From assembly GCA_964016885.1 (NCBI GenBank), contig OZ024742.1, forward strand, positions 236,468,001 through 236,532,000: a stretch of DNA of 64,000 nt, read 5' to 3'. This stretch comes from Eledone cirrhosa. Lineage: Eukaryota. Positions 45,357 to 64,000 of the stretch are shown here, one piece after another. Position 1 is the first letter of the stretch. Every line of letters begins with the position of its first letter. The notes under the pieces were generated by a model that had not been told where the DNA came from, did not search any database, and saw only the letters and a program-made list of their open reading frames with translations. The translations under genes were made by a program, and so were the position numbers.

Positions 45357-46325
45357 TAGTAGATTTACTCGGCGTTGCTCGGGTTTGAAATTAAATTATG
45401 CTAAGAATATACAGCTAGGAAGTAAAAGAAGAACATTATTTGTCCCCAACCTTTGAAAATAGGCAGAAGTCTTCAATAATTAATGGAAACGAATATTTAG
45501 TGCAATCTTTGTACACATAAAACTATGTTGATAATGAAGGAGAACACTGAACAGGATGTAGTTATACAAATGATTAAAGACAATACACGTTGCAAATCTG
45601 TAAAACAGACAGTTTTGCTAAAGTACAAAAAGTTGTAATGAAAGCAGAGTTGTATACAAACAAAAAAAACAAAACAATGAGAGTAGACTCAGAGAAAATC
45701 TCTTCTTTGAGAGCATCCTTTGCTGTGTATGGTTAAATTTTGAACTTATAATCCAAAATATCCAGCATGACATATTCATTGGTATGTTTTGTAATGAGTA
45801 AGGTGAAGTCGAAGGCAGAGCTGTAATAAGTTTTTTTGTTAACACTAAAGCACTTCAGGATAGACGATATTCTTTGTTTTTCTTTTCGGAATAAACGCAA
45901 AGAGATTATCTCGACTACCAACTCGCGAGCAGGCAACGTAGAATTGCCCGTACGAAAAGCAAGGTTCATCCAAGTGAATTCCAGTGACGGACAGATTTTG
46001 ACCTTGCGACTTGTTTATGGACATCGCAAAAGCAACACGAAGGGGAAAATAAGGATTGCCAATAAAGTTGGTTATCTCCCTTTTTTATAAGGATTGTCAA
46101 TAAAGTTGGTTATCTCCCTTACACTAATTTTGCTACCGATAATTTTGATATCGATTTTTTATTGCTCAACGTGGGCCGATTGGAAAAATGTTTATGATGT
46201 GACCATCTTAGCGACCTGTGCAACGTGCACAGAAAATTTGGTCAAATTCCGTTGGTAATTGTAAAAGCCTTATGTATCCAAAGTTGTACACAGACACACA
46301 CACATCCTCGCTTTTATATATATAA

Positions 46326-46328
<3 letters not shown>
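45356..46328 (-). mobile_element. Non-autonomous Helitron
   Basis: Minus strand begins TCtttatatatataaaag and ends cccgagcaacgccgagtaaatctaCTAG followed by T; inserted in AT. Confidence 0.75.
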
Positions 46329-46394
<66 letters not shown>

Positions 46395-46403
46395 TAATAT
46401 ATA

Positions 46404-46466
<63 letters not shown>

Positions 46467-46585
46467 GTTTATATATATATATTTATATATATATGTTTAT
46501 ATATATATTTATATATATATTTATATATATATGTTTATATATATATTTATATATATATTTATATATATATGTTTATATATATATT

Positions 46586-46618
<33 letters not shown>

Positions 46619-46798
46619 GTTTATATATATATATATATATGTTTATATATATATTTATATATATATATATATGTTTATATATACATTTATATATATATAT
46701 ATATGTTTATATATATATTTATATATATATATATAAATGTTTATATATATATTTATATATATATATATACATAAATGTTTATATATATATATATAAAT

Positions 46799-46852
<54 letters not shown>

Positions 46853-47372
46853 GTTTATATATATATTTATATATATATATTTATATATATTTATATATAT
46901 ATATTTATATATATATATTTATATATGTATATTTATATATATATATACATACATACATACATACACATAACTACAAACACATACATACTTGCACGCACAC
47001 GCACACACACACACACACATATATATATGTGTATATGTATATATAGAAATGTCTGTAAGTGTTAAAAGGAAAAAGCAAAACAGAGCTTAATCGGGAAGAT
47101 AGCAGAAATATTATATTATTTATTTATGTTCATACACGGAACGAAGGCTTTTGACGGTATCTTATAAAGTCGGATAAGTGCTTGAAGATAGGTTGCGATA
47201 TGTATGCCGTATGTTTTCTGGGGGTATGGTCAAATGTTGGCTTTGAAACCTTGTGCAAATGTTGGCTTTGAAACCTTGTGTGTACATCACGCAGACGCAC
47301 ACAAGCATACACACATATATATATATATATATGTATACACACACACATCTATATACATATACATACATACAT

Positions 47373-47408
<36 letters not shown>

Positions 47409-47589
47409 ATATATATATACTATATATATATATTATATATATATATATAAAGAGATTACTACCTGATATAGGCCGGCTAAATTTGGAATGTGTCAGCCGT
47501 ATCACACCCACATTTATATGTTTATATAACATCATCATCACCATCATTGTTTTTACGTCAAATTTCCCATTCATGCATTTCTTGCATAT

Positions 47590-48900
47590 CTTTACATTTT
47601 TAGTTCAAATTCCGACCGGCTCAACTTTGCCTTTCAGCCTTTCAGCCTTCCGACGTCAGTAAAATAAAGTACCAGTCAAGTATCAGGGTCGATATATTGG
47701 AGTAGCGCCCTTCCCTCCTGCTGGTTTTGTGCATAAATACGATCGAGTGTTAGGAGTGACAGAATCGTTAGTATCGTATAAAATACCCTAAGGTATTTGT
47801 TCTGGTAAAAATTGTTGTTGTTGTTGTTAAACTCAACTCAGCAGATTTAAGTATTTTGTCAAAATTTTCTAACTTTAGCATCTGACATCTGTGGATTGAC
47901 ACAAACGTTAGACGAATAGATTTGCGAAATTTGTTCTGACTCTTTACGTTCTGAGTTCAAATCCCAACGAGGTCAATTTTGGTCTTTCAATCCTTCCTGG
48001 GTCGAGTATCAGTCATGTATTGAGGTCGATTTGATCTTAGATCATTGAAATGGGAGAAAAAAAGGGGGGGGGGGGCAGAATTGTTAAAGCCTCTGACAAA
48101 ATGCTTTGTAGAACTTAGATACAACCCTTTCTGTTCTAAGTTAAAATCCCGCCAACATAAGCTTTTCCCCTCATCCTTTCACTCGATAAAATAATTTATC
48201 AGTACTGGGATCGTTATAACAGACTTACTCTTTCCCCGAAATTGTGGCCTTTGCCATTGTTACGAAGAATTATTATTATTATAAGGGGATCGGTGGATTG
48301 GCAGTATCGGTAGAGGTTCGGACGCCTTGCTTTGCAACATAGAGTTACGGTCCTTTATGATCTGAGTTCATATCCCACCGAGGTCAACTTTCATCCTTAC
48401 TGAGTCGATAAAATAAAGTACCAGTCACGCACCGGGGTCGATTTAATCGACTTTCCCCTCCCCCAAAATGGCTGGCCTTGTGCCTATATAAAAACCATCG
48501 GTGGATTGGCAGTATCGGTAGAGGGTCGGACGCCATGCTTTCCAGCATAGTTACGTCCCTTTACGATCTGAGTTCAAATCCCGCCGAGGTTAACTTTGCC
48601 TTTCATCCTTAAGAGGTCGATAAAATAAAGTACCAGTAATGTACTAAGTAATTACTGGCCTTGTGCCAATAGTAGAAACAATTATTATTATAAGGGAGTG
48701 GATTGACAAAGACGTTAGAGCGTCGGACAGAATGCCTTAAGGTATTTATTCCGTTGTGAGTTCATTCCAACAGTGGTCAACTTTGCCCATCATCCTCCAG
48801 TGGTAGATAAAATGAAATTCCTGTCACGTACTGGAGTCTATGTTATCGACCACCCCTCTCCTCAAATTATTGGCCTTGTGCCCAAATTAGAATCCATTAT
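47590..48900 (+). mobile_element. Cluster of about six degenerate tRNA-derived SINE copies
   Basis: Repeated gagttcaaatcccgccgaggtcaactttgcctttcatcc...gtcgataaaataaagtaccagt. Other copies at ~9950-10075 and ~10700-10830 (-). Confidence 0.75.
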
Positions 48901-49108
48901 TATTCACTTCATGCTGTTAGAATTAGCCTCACCATCTCTCCCAGCAGATAACGGCATGTTGCCCGACGTCTGTCTGAAGCCTGAAACTTCCAACTTTAAC
49001 ATCTGACAAATATGTCTCTTCAAATTTAAACTGATTTAACTCTTGAGACAGACAAACATCTGCTCCGCACTGCATTCTGTAATTATTGTTAGCAGCAAGA
49101 TAATTGTT

Positions 49109-49183
<75 letters not shown>

Positions 49184-49311
49184 GAAAGGTTTGGTAGAAA
49201 TATCCAAGGGTAAGAACACTCAGTTCATAGGACGAGTTTAGTATGAATAATTACAACAATGACATAAACAGGTACCTAAGTTTCGTTGGGTTCTGGACCC
49301 CCAACTGTAAT

Positions 49312-49358
<47 letters not shown>

Positions 49359-49387
49359 CTGCACATGTGTGTGTGCGTGTATATATA

Positions 49388-50435
49388 TCTCTATATATAA
49401 AGTTGTAGTTCCTGTCTGTTTTTTTTTGTTTGTTTGTTCACGAACTCCTCCTATGGTTTTGGAGATAGACTCCCATAACCATATATATTCTGAAACTAAA
49501 TTTGGTACTTGGATAAGTATATTTCATTTTAATCAAAGAATTCCCGGATGTGTGTGGGGGGTGGGGGTGAAAAGGTGTCCCCGGGACACAAACCGCCGCT
49601 GAAAATCTTTCCCTTCGATTTATATGAAATTTAAATCATAGGTAAATGACAAGATATGATGCCTATTCACAAAATGTCAGCAAATTTCAATAATATTAAG
49701 ACACCCTAATAGGGGTTAAACCCCCTATAGTGAAACTTTTGGCCAATAAATGGAACAAGATGTGTTCTAACAAGATTGCATGAGAACTTGATTGAAGCAA
49801 CCATTATATTTGGGGCTTACAAAATTCAAGCTCTTCTCATTCCGAGGATTCCACTTATACCAAGTGATAGCGAGTTGCCTTTTACATTTAAGAGGCTGCA
49901 GATCCAAGTGAGGCCACCCTTTGCCATGAGCATCAATAAGAGTCAAGGTCAAAATTTCAAAACTATTGGTATAGAACTATTGGCATGTTTCAAGGACTGG
50001 AACTTCAAAAAATCTCTACATTTTAGCCAATCAAAGAACGACAAGAAATGTTGTTTACACTGAAGTTCTTCATTAGGACAAAGTATGAAATACATTTTCA
50101 TGTATTTATTATGTTAAAAAATAAATAATTAAACTTTGAATTTCTAATTTGAAAATAATACTTTACATAAAAATGAACGGATCAAGTTTTGAATTGATAT
50201 TTTGGAAAAAACTATTTACAAGAAACAAAATAAGAATAAGAATTAATAATGTAATTTTGATTTGATATATTACAAAAAATAATGTTTTCCAATTTTTCAT
50301 GCATTACATTTTACATTGAGTAATATCGAAACGCAAAGTTTTTCTCCATAAATTATATAACTGATTTAAAATCAATCATCATTTCCTTACAAAAGAAATG
50401 TGTGAAACGTAGCAAGGGGCGGGTAATACGGCTAG
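49388..50435 (+). mobile_element. Helitron derivative with a PIF1-helicase C-terminal fragment
   Basis: ORF 49776-50063: LIEATII...LLIPRIPLIPSDSELPFTFKRLQ...FAMSINKSQGQ. 5' TC and 3' gcgggtaatacggCTAG followed by T. Confidence 0.85.
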
Positions 50436-51004
50436 TATATATATATTAAACGTAAGCCCAAATTTTGTTGAGTGGGGTACAAGTAAAATCGGCTTTATAA
50501 TGCCCCAACCATAGTTTATGAATCTTAAGACATTGGAATAATTAATGTTGGAAGAATTGAAGTTTCTTCACCGAGAGGTGAATTCTTCATAAGAATAAAG
50601 GGACAGGTTGAACATATATCATACATACAACGTCACTCCTAGGTCTTATCGTGAACAAGGTGCTGTATACATATATATATATCCCAAAATAACAACAACA
50701 AGAATACACTGTCCCCAGCAACACTGCAGTCTAATACCTGAAACTAGCTAAAAAAAAAAAAAAAAGAATACAGAACATCAACGAACTACAGCAAGAAAAA
50801 TATATCGATGACAAAAAAATATAAAAATAACGACACGACTAACAACGGCACCACCATCATCATCACCACTAACATACGCTGCAAAGTACTAAAGGTTACA
50901 CAAACGCTACTGAAATATAAGAAAATACAGCAAAACAATTAACGACAGAAGAATCGGCGAGCAACTGATTTAAGCGTCGTGTCTTACGAGGCTCGTATAT
51001 CGTG

Positions 51005-53257
<2,253 letters not shown>

Positions 53258-53264
<7 letters not shown>

Positions 53265-54084
53265 ATACTTTGGGAGGGTCATGTTGCCAATAAGAAACAC
53301 ACGCACCAGTTGCTTTCACTTCAATTTATTATATATTTATAAATTTCTGGTTGGTTGGTTCCACAACCAGATAGTTGTTTATATATAGTCATAGTCCTTT
53401 CGTCACACACTCTGTGACCTCTTCAGTGACTGGGGATTCCTTTCTTTGTTTCTGTGCCTTTCCTTTCTTCTGTCCTACGCCATTTTGTTTCTGTGTGTGT
53501 GTTGTGTGCTCAGTTTGCGCATGCGCCACATCCGGGTGTCTGTGTGTGTTTGTGTTCATTTATCTATTTGTTTATTTATTTATTTATTTACATGTTATTG
53601 GTTGGTTGTTTGTTCTATGTGTGTGTGTGTTTTCATTTTGTCCTTAATTGTAAGTTGTGATGTTGCTGTTCCACTCATATTTTCTATTTAATTTTGGTTG
53701 TAATTCTTTTATGTTTATTGCCTGTGTAATTTGTCTAAACATTGCATCCTTTCTGTGTGTAGATTCTATTTTTATTTCTATGTTCTCTAATTTACCCTTG
53801 TGTTCTATCTTAGCATGTTGGTAGAGTACAGATGATTCTTTATTATCTTGAAGGTCTCGCCAGTGTTCATTTATCCGTTCCCCTATACTACGAGCTGTCT
53901 CACCTATGTACACAATATTTTTGTTTCTACATTGTCCTTCAGTACATCTTATGCTATACACTACATTTCTAGTTTTACAGTTAATATGGGGGCTTATTTT
54001 ACAGGTTATACATTTCTTATCTATACATGAGGGTCTTTGAAACGGGTATGTCTTGCTAATAAGTGTTTTTACGGAGGTACCTGG

Positions 54085-54085
<1 letters not shown>
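53258..54085 (-). mobile_element. Penelope-like element 3' portion: GIY-YIG endonuclease and 3' UTR
   Basis: ORF 53644-53961: YSIRC...C...VYIGETARSIGERINEH...LYQH...PKLNRKYEW. Ends in (AT)n. Confidence 0.9.
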
Positions 54086-57385
<3,300 letters not shown>

Positions 57386-57424
57386 AAACCCAATGTCATT
57401 TCTCCTGTCCATCCGTTTGACGCT

Positions 57425-59623
57425 ATGGATTTCCACAATGCAAACTGGGAAGCGATCAGTCATGATCTTGCACATGTCGACTGGTCCTTCACGCACACTC
57501 ATACACCCACTAACATCAAAAAGTCCTGGCAGACATTTGTGGACACTGTTACAAACATATGTGCTAAACACACCCCATTAAGAACTATAAACAAATCTAA
57601 GAGCAGAATCCCTAGAAATAGAAAAACGCTCATCAGAAAAATTAAGAGAACGAACAAAAAAATCAACAATCTGAAATACTGTCAGCAGCAACACATCAAC
57701 TTGACTGCCATTTCATCACTAGAGATTAAAAAACATAACCTCCAAAACAACATAATGTCCCTCATCAACAATCAGAGAAGAGCTGAAGAGGCCTGGGCCA
57801 TTGAGAAGATCAAACTCAATCCCAAAGTGTTCTTTTCATTTGCAAAAAAACACAAAATCACTGGCTCTACTGTTGGCCCTCTAATTGATGAAAATGGCAC
57901 TCTTCAAGACAATGCTAAAACCATGGGTGAGATACTGCAGAAACAATACTGCTCTGTTTTCAGCAATCCTGATATGGCCGATCTGGGCTGTATCGGCGAT
58001 GTTACTCCCCATTACACCTTATCGGACATAACGTTTGGCGCCCCTGATGTCTTGGCGGCAATAAAGGAAATCAAGCATAATTCAGCAGTAGGTCCCGATA
58101 GGTTCCCTGCTTGTGTCTTGAAGGCGTGTCAACACCAACTTGCTTCTCCTCTTGCCAATCTGTGGCGGAACTCACTGGATGCTGGATATGTGCCAGAAAA
58201 CCTTCTATCCCAGTCTGTTGTCCCAGTTTTCAAAAAGGGAAACAAATCCCTTGCCGTGAATTACCGTCCAATCTCACTCACCTCTCATATCATTAAGGTA
58301 TTTGAGCGAGTGGTGAGATCGCGAATGACCCACTTCCTTGAGAGTAACAATATGCTGAACTCCAACCAGCATGGATTCCGTAATGGAAGGGATTGCCTGA
58401 CGCAACTACTGCATCACTTTGATGACATTTTGAGAGCCTTGGGAGAGGGTTCCAACACTGATGTTATCTACCTTGATTTCAGCAAGGCCTTTGACAGGGT
58501 TGATCATAACATTCTACTGAGAAAGCTGTCCAATATTGGTGTCACTGGAAAGCTGCTGCAGTGGATCAAGAGCTTCCTGTCAAACAGAACCCAACATGTT
58601 GTAGTTGAGGGAGTCAAATCAAGCCCAGCCAAAGTCAGTAGTGGAGTCCCACAAGGCACTGTGTTGGGCCCACTTCTCTTCATCATCTATATTAATGACA
58701 TCACTGACATCATCAAACACAGCAACATTAAAATTTTCGCTGATGATTCCAAGCTCCAAAAGGTCATCAATGGCGTGGATGACCGGATAAGCCTTCAGTC
58801 AGACCTACTGGCTGTTACCCAATGGGCAGAAAAGAACAACATGTTACTGAACGAAGACAAATTCGAACTGATCCACTTTGGAAAAGAGGATGCTCTGAAA
58901 CTCCCGTACTCCCTTCCCTCCGGGGAAACTCTCGTGGCATCTAACAACATCAGAGACTTGGGAGTAACCGTGGACAGCAACATAAGCTGGACCACGCATA
59001 TAAGCAGCAAAGTTGACATGGCCCGCAGAATGTGTTCCTGGATCCTCAGAACCTTCCAGTCGAGAGATTCCCGCACCATTATCCTTCTCTTCTCTACTTT
59101 CGCCCGACCACACCTTGAATACTGTTGTCCACTGTGGTCTCCCCACACGAAACAAAGTATCATGAAACTTGAAGCTCCTCAAAGGGCAATCACGAAAAAG
59201 ATAGATGGCATGTCAGACCTTGACTACTGGGGTCGATTGGAAAACCTGAAACTTTACTCACTCCAACGTCGCCGTGAGCGTTATATTATCTGCATGATGT
59301 GGAAAATGTTCCATCATCACTGCCCAAATGATGTTGGCATCGCCTTCAAGATACACCCAAGGCTTGGGCCCCGTGCAATCCGTCCCATTCAAAAATCTAA
59401 ATCGCAACTCATAACAACAATACGGCACAATTATTTCACCTCAATCGGCCCTGCTCTCTTCAACATCACACCAGGACACGTCAAAACAGAAACTGACCAC
59501 ACAAAATTCAAGAAGTCTTTGGACAAATTCCTCCAAGTAATCCCGGACAAACCACCCACACCCGGATATGTCTCCGCAAACAGTAATTCTCTTCTCGAAT
59601 GGGCCATGGTGCCCAAATCCTGA
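57425..59623 (+). CDS. Reverse transcriptase ORF of a 5'-truncated CR1/L2-group LINE (element ~57386-59710)
   Basis: 732 aa uninterrupted: [53 protein letters not shown]. No endonuclease domain; the frame stays open back to the truncation; 3' tail (TTCAAAGTTA)x2. Confidence 0.95.
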   Translation: MDFHNANWEAISHDLAHVDWSFTHTHTPTNIKKSWQTFVDTVTNICAKHTPLRTINKSKSRIPRNRKTLIRKIKRTNKKINNLKYCQQQHINLTAISSLEIKKHNLQNNIMSLINNQRRAEEAWAIEKIKLNPKVFFSFAKKHKITGSTVGPLIDENGTLQDNAKTMGEILQKQYCSVFSNPDMADLGCIGDVTPHYTLSDITFGAPDVLAAIKEIKHNSAVGPDRFPACVLKACQHQLASPLANLWRNSLDAGYVPENLLSQSVVPVFKKGNKSLAVNYRPISLTSHIIKVFERVVRSRMTHFLESNNMLNSNQHGFRNGRDCLTQLLHHFDDILRALGEGSNTDVIYLDFSKAFDRVDHNILLRKLSNIGVTGKLLQWIKSFLSNRTQHVVVEGVKSSPAKVSSGVPQGTVLGPLLFIIYINDITDIIKHSNIKIFADDSKLQKVINGVDDRISLQSDLLAVTQWAEKNNMLLNEDKFELIHFGKEDALKLPYSLPSGETLVASNNIRDLGVTVDSNISWTTHISSKVDMARRMCSWILRTFQSRDSRTIILLFSTFARPHLEYCCPLWSPHTKQSIMKLEAPQRAITKKIDGMSDLDYWGRLENLKLYSLQRRRERYIICMMWKMFHHHCPNDVGIAFKIHPRLGPRAIRPIQKSKSQLITTIRHNYFTSIGPALFNITPGHVKTETDHTKFKKSLDKFLQVIPDKPPTPGYVSANSNSLLEWAMVPKS

Positions 59624-59774
59624 ATTGAAAGACTTCGCCAGGTGGTGCTATTAAGTTAGACATGGCCTGGGCCAATACTGGCCAAAACATTTCAAAGTTA
59701 TTCAAAGTTACATATATATATATATATATACATACATATATATATATATATACATACATATATATATATACATC

Positions 59775-60120
59775 ATCATCATTCATCATCATTTCATTTT
59801 ACGTCCGCTTTTTCCCTGCTTGCAAGGGTTGGACGGGAACTGATTCTGGCTTGATTTCTACAGCTGGATGCCCTTCCTAACACCAACCTCATTTTCAGTG
59901 AGTGCTGGGTGCTTTTTTGCCGTGGCACCTCCACGACCACTTTGCAGTGGAATGATAGGGACCTCAGTCCCTATCATCTCATTTCTACAGCTGAGTAAAC
60001 TGGAGCAATGTGAAATAAAGTGTCTTGCTCAAGGAAACAACACATCACCCGGTTTGAGAATTGAACTCACAACCTTTTGATTGCAAGGCCAATGCTCTAA
60101 CCACTAAGCCATGTGCCTCC
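59775..60120 (-). mobile_element. tRNA-derived SINE
   Basis: Minus strand: TGGCTTAGTGG A-box, GAGTTCAATTC B-box, ccttgagcaagacactt core. Confidence 0.75.
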
Positions 60121-60124
60121 ATCA

Positions 60125-61890
<1,766 letters not shown>

Positions 61891-61894
61891 TACA

Positions 61895-62813
61895 TATGGT
61901 GACTGCCAACTCGTTTTCGAGTACGGCCACTACTCTATATCCATGTAGGAGAACCCCTACCGATGCGCTGAACGAGTGTGACTTTTTAGTCCAGCCAGCA
62001 ACTTGAAAACTCTGGTACAAACACTACACCTGTGACAATTATTGACACATAGTGCTGGGCCCATGGTACCATGTGACGACAAGTGCAGAGAGATCTCCAG
62101 ATATAAAGCAATGACTGTGCCGTGAAGCTTTTATAGTGAGCAAAGGAACTGCACAAAGCCAGTCCCACTCTCTTAAACAAGATGATATTTACCAAAAAAG
62201 CAGAACACGTCAACATCATTGGATACCATCAGAGTTGCAGGTGTTATATCAGAGTTTTCCTTCTCCTAGAATTCTGCCTTGACAAAGACGAAGGGGTCAT
62301 CTCTCCCTATGAATTTGGATGGCCATTGACTCTTAAGAGCTCCTTTGCCCTTTGACAGGTTTTGTTTTTTGTCCTGCAGGATGTCCAAAGTCACCCTCCT
62401 CACCAAGAAACCTTGGTGGGGTTGCCAGTTTAGTCGCCAACGACCCGACCATGAGCCACGTTGTACTGGGATACATGTTGCCAGTAGCACCAACTGGTGA
62501 CCTGACACATATATATATGTACATACATATATACATACATGGTGGCTGCCAACTCGTTTTCGAGTACGGCCACTACTTTATATCCATATAGGAGAACCCC
62601 TACCGACGCGCTGAACGAGTGTGACTTTTTAGTCTAGCCAGCGACTTGAAAACTCTGGTACAAACACTATGCTTGCGACAATTATTGACACATAGTGCTG
62701 GGACCATGGTATCATGTGACGGCAAGTGCTGAGAGATCTCCAGATATAAAGCAATGCCTGTGCCGTGAAGCTTTTATAGTGAGCAAAGGCACTGCACAAA
62801 GCCAGTCCCACAG
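61895..62813 (-). mobile_element. Two tandem copies (full 61895-62507, 5'-truncated 62538-62813) of the 14820 element
   Basis: Reverse complement of 14820-15421; all copies share the same terminus next to a microsatellite. Confidence 0.8.
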
Positions 62814-62872
62814 TATATACATACATATATATATATATACATACATATCTCTATATATACATACATACCTAT

Positions 62873-62957
<85 letters not shown>

Positions 62958-62964
62958 GATATAT

Positions 62965-64000
62965 ATACTTTTTTACCCGTTCCAGCCATCCGGCTGAGGC
63001 CGTGCTGGTGCACAGCCCTTGTTGCTACACATTTTATCTCCAGCCTGTTTTGGTTGGCTACTGGTGCAACAGGGAGTTCGTTGCTGCTGCCCTTAGTTTT
63101 CCCTCGTGTCTTGCTGTGGGTTTATCCGGGATCCTGGATAGCAATGTGTCGAGATGTTTCTTGAAGACATCCACATCCACACCATGCAGATCCCACTCTC
63201 AGATCCCTCGGCATCTTGTTGAAGAGTTGAGGGCACTTGAACCCCAGGCTATTGCAATATCTGCTCCTTATTCTAGATGTGGAAGACGGGACCTTTGGCA
63301 CCACATAGTGTCGTCCTGTTCGACGGTTGGTCCAGCTCCCAATGCCAAAGTTTTGTGCTAGTCCCTCCAGGATTTTCCACATGTAGATCACTGCGTATCT
63401 CTCCTATCTTCGTTCCAAGGAGTTTAGCGCTCATTTCTTTTAGCCTCTCCCAGGAGCTTATCTCCTTCATCGTCGCAATCCTCTTGGTGTAGCTTCGCTG
63501 GATTGCCTCAAGCTCGGTGGTTAGTTTGACACTATGGAGTGACCACAACTGGGAGTCCAAGCGGCTTAGGACAAATGTCCTCCATAGTGTCAACATGATG
63601 TCTCGGTCTCTTGTCCGGAAAGTCCTCAAGATCCAGCCAGCGAGTCATCTGCACATTGTCGCCACTTTCATGATGTGTGATGAAAAAGATGCACCATCGC
63701 TCATGTCTATACCCAGGCCTCGTATCGATTTTGACACGACCATATCGGTCCCTCCTGGTCCGGCGTAACCGTGTTGTACTATATTTGTGTTTGCAGGTTT
63801 GTATTGTAGGGCTTGGAATTTGCCAGCATTAAACTGCATGTTGTTCTCTTCTGCCCATGTGTATATGGCATCCAGATCTTGTTGTAAAAGGGCAGCGTCA
63901 GCCGGGTTTTTGATTTCCTGTGCTACCTTAGTGTCATCAGCATAGCTAGTGAGGGATGTTGTTGTATGTACTACAGAGGGCATGTCTGAGAGAGCCACCA
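62965..64000 (-). pseudogene. Decayed CR1/L2-group LINE 3' portion (different family)
   Basis: SYADDTKV...LQQDL..IYTWAEENNMQFN..KF; LEAIQRSYTKRI; runs off the window end. Confidence 0.9.

Overview
Gene-poor, extremely (AT)n-microsatellite-rich eukaryotic DNA. The repeat inventory suggests a cephalopod such as Octopus, but this is inference. No host protein-coding exon is evident, and nearly all long ORFs in the track are (TA)n artefacts. Real coding remnants are all from mobile elements: an uninterrupted 5'-truncated CR1/L2-type RT ORF (57.4-59.6 kb) with two decayed relatives, an R4/Dong-type RT remnant, an RTE endonuclease fragment, two mariner remnants, Helitrons and several Penelope-like (PLE) GIY-YIG fragments. 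The main discovery is non-coding. Reading both strands shows about a dozen complete or near-complete type I hammerhead ribozyme (HHR) motifs (stem I - CUGANGA - stem II - GAAA - palindromic stem III - NUH - stem I') from at least seven apparently unrelated sequence families, several with compensatory base changes between copies. The best case is a young head-to-tail array of about 470 bp units (18.8-21.0 kb) with one minimal HHR per unit and an inverted cap, the architecture of a retrozyme or PLE-dependent non-autonomous element. Other notable items are a U3-A8 core-variant HHR, back-to-back inverted HHR pairs, and fold-back palindromes that turn at or near HHR stem II. All folds were done by eye and ribozyme activity is untested.
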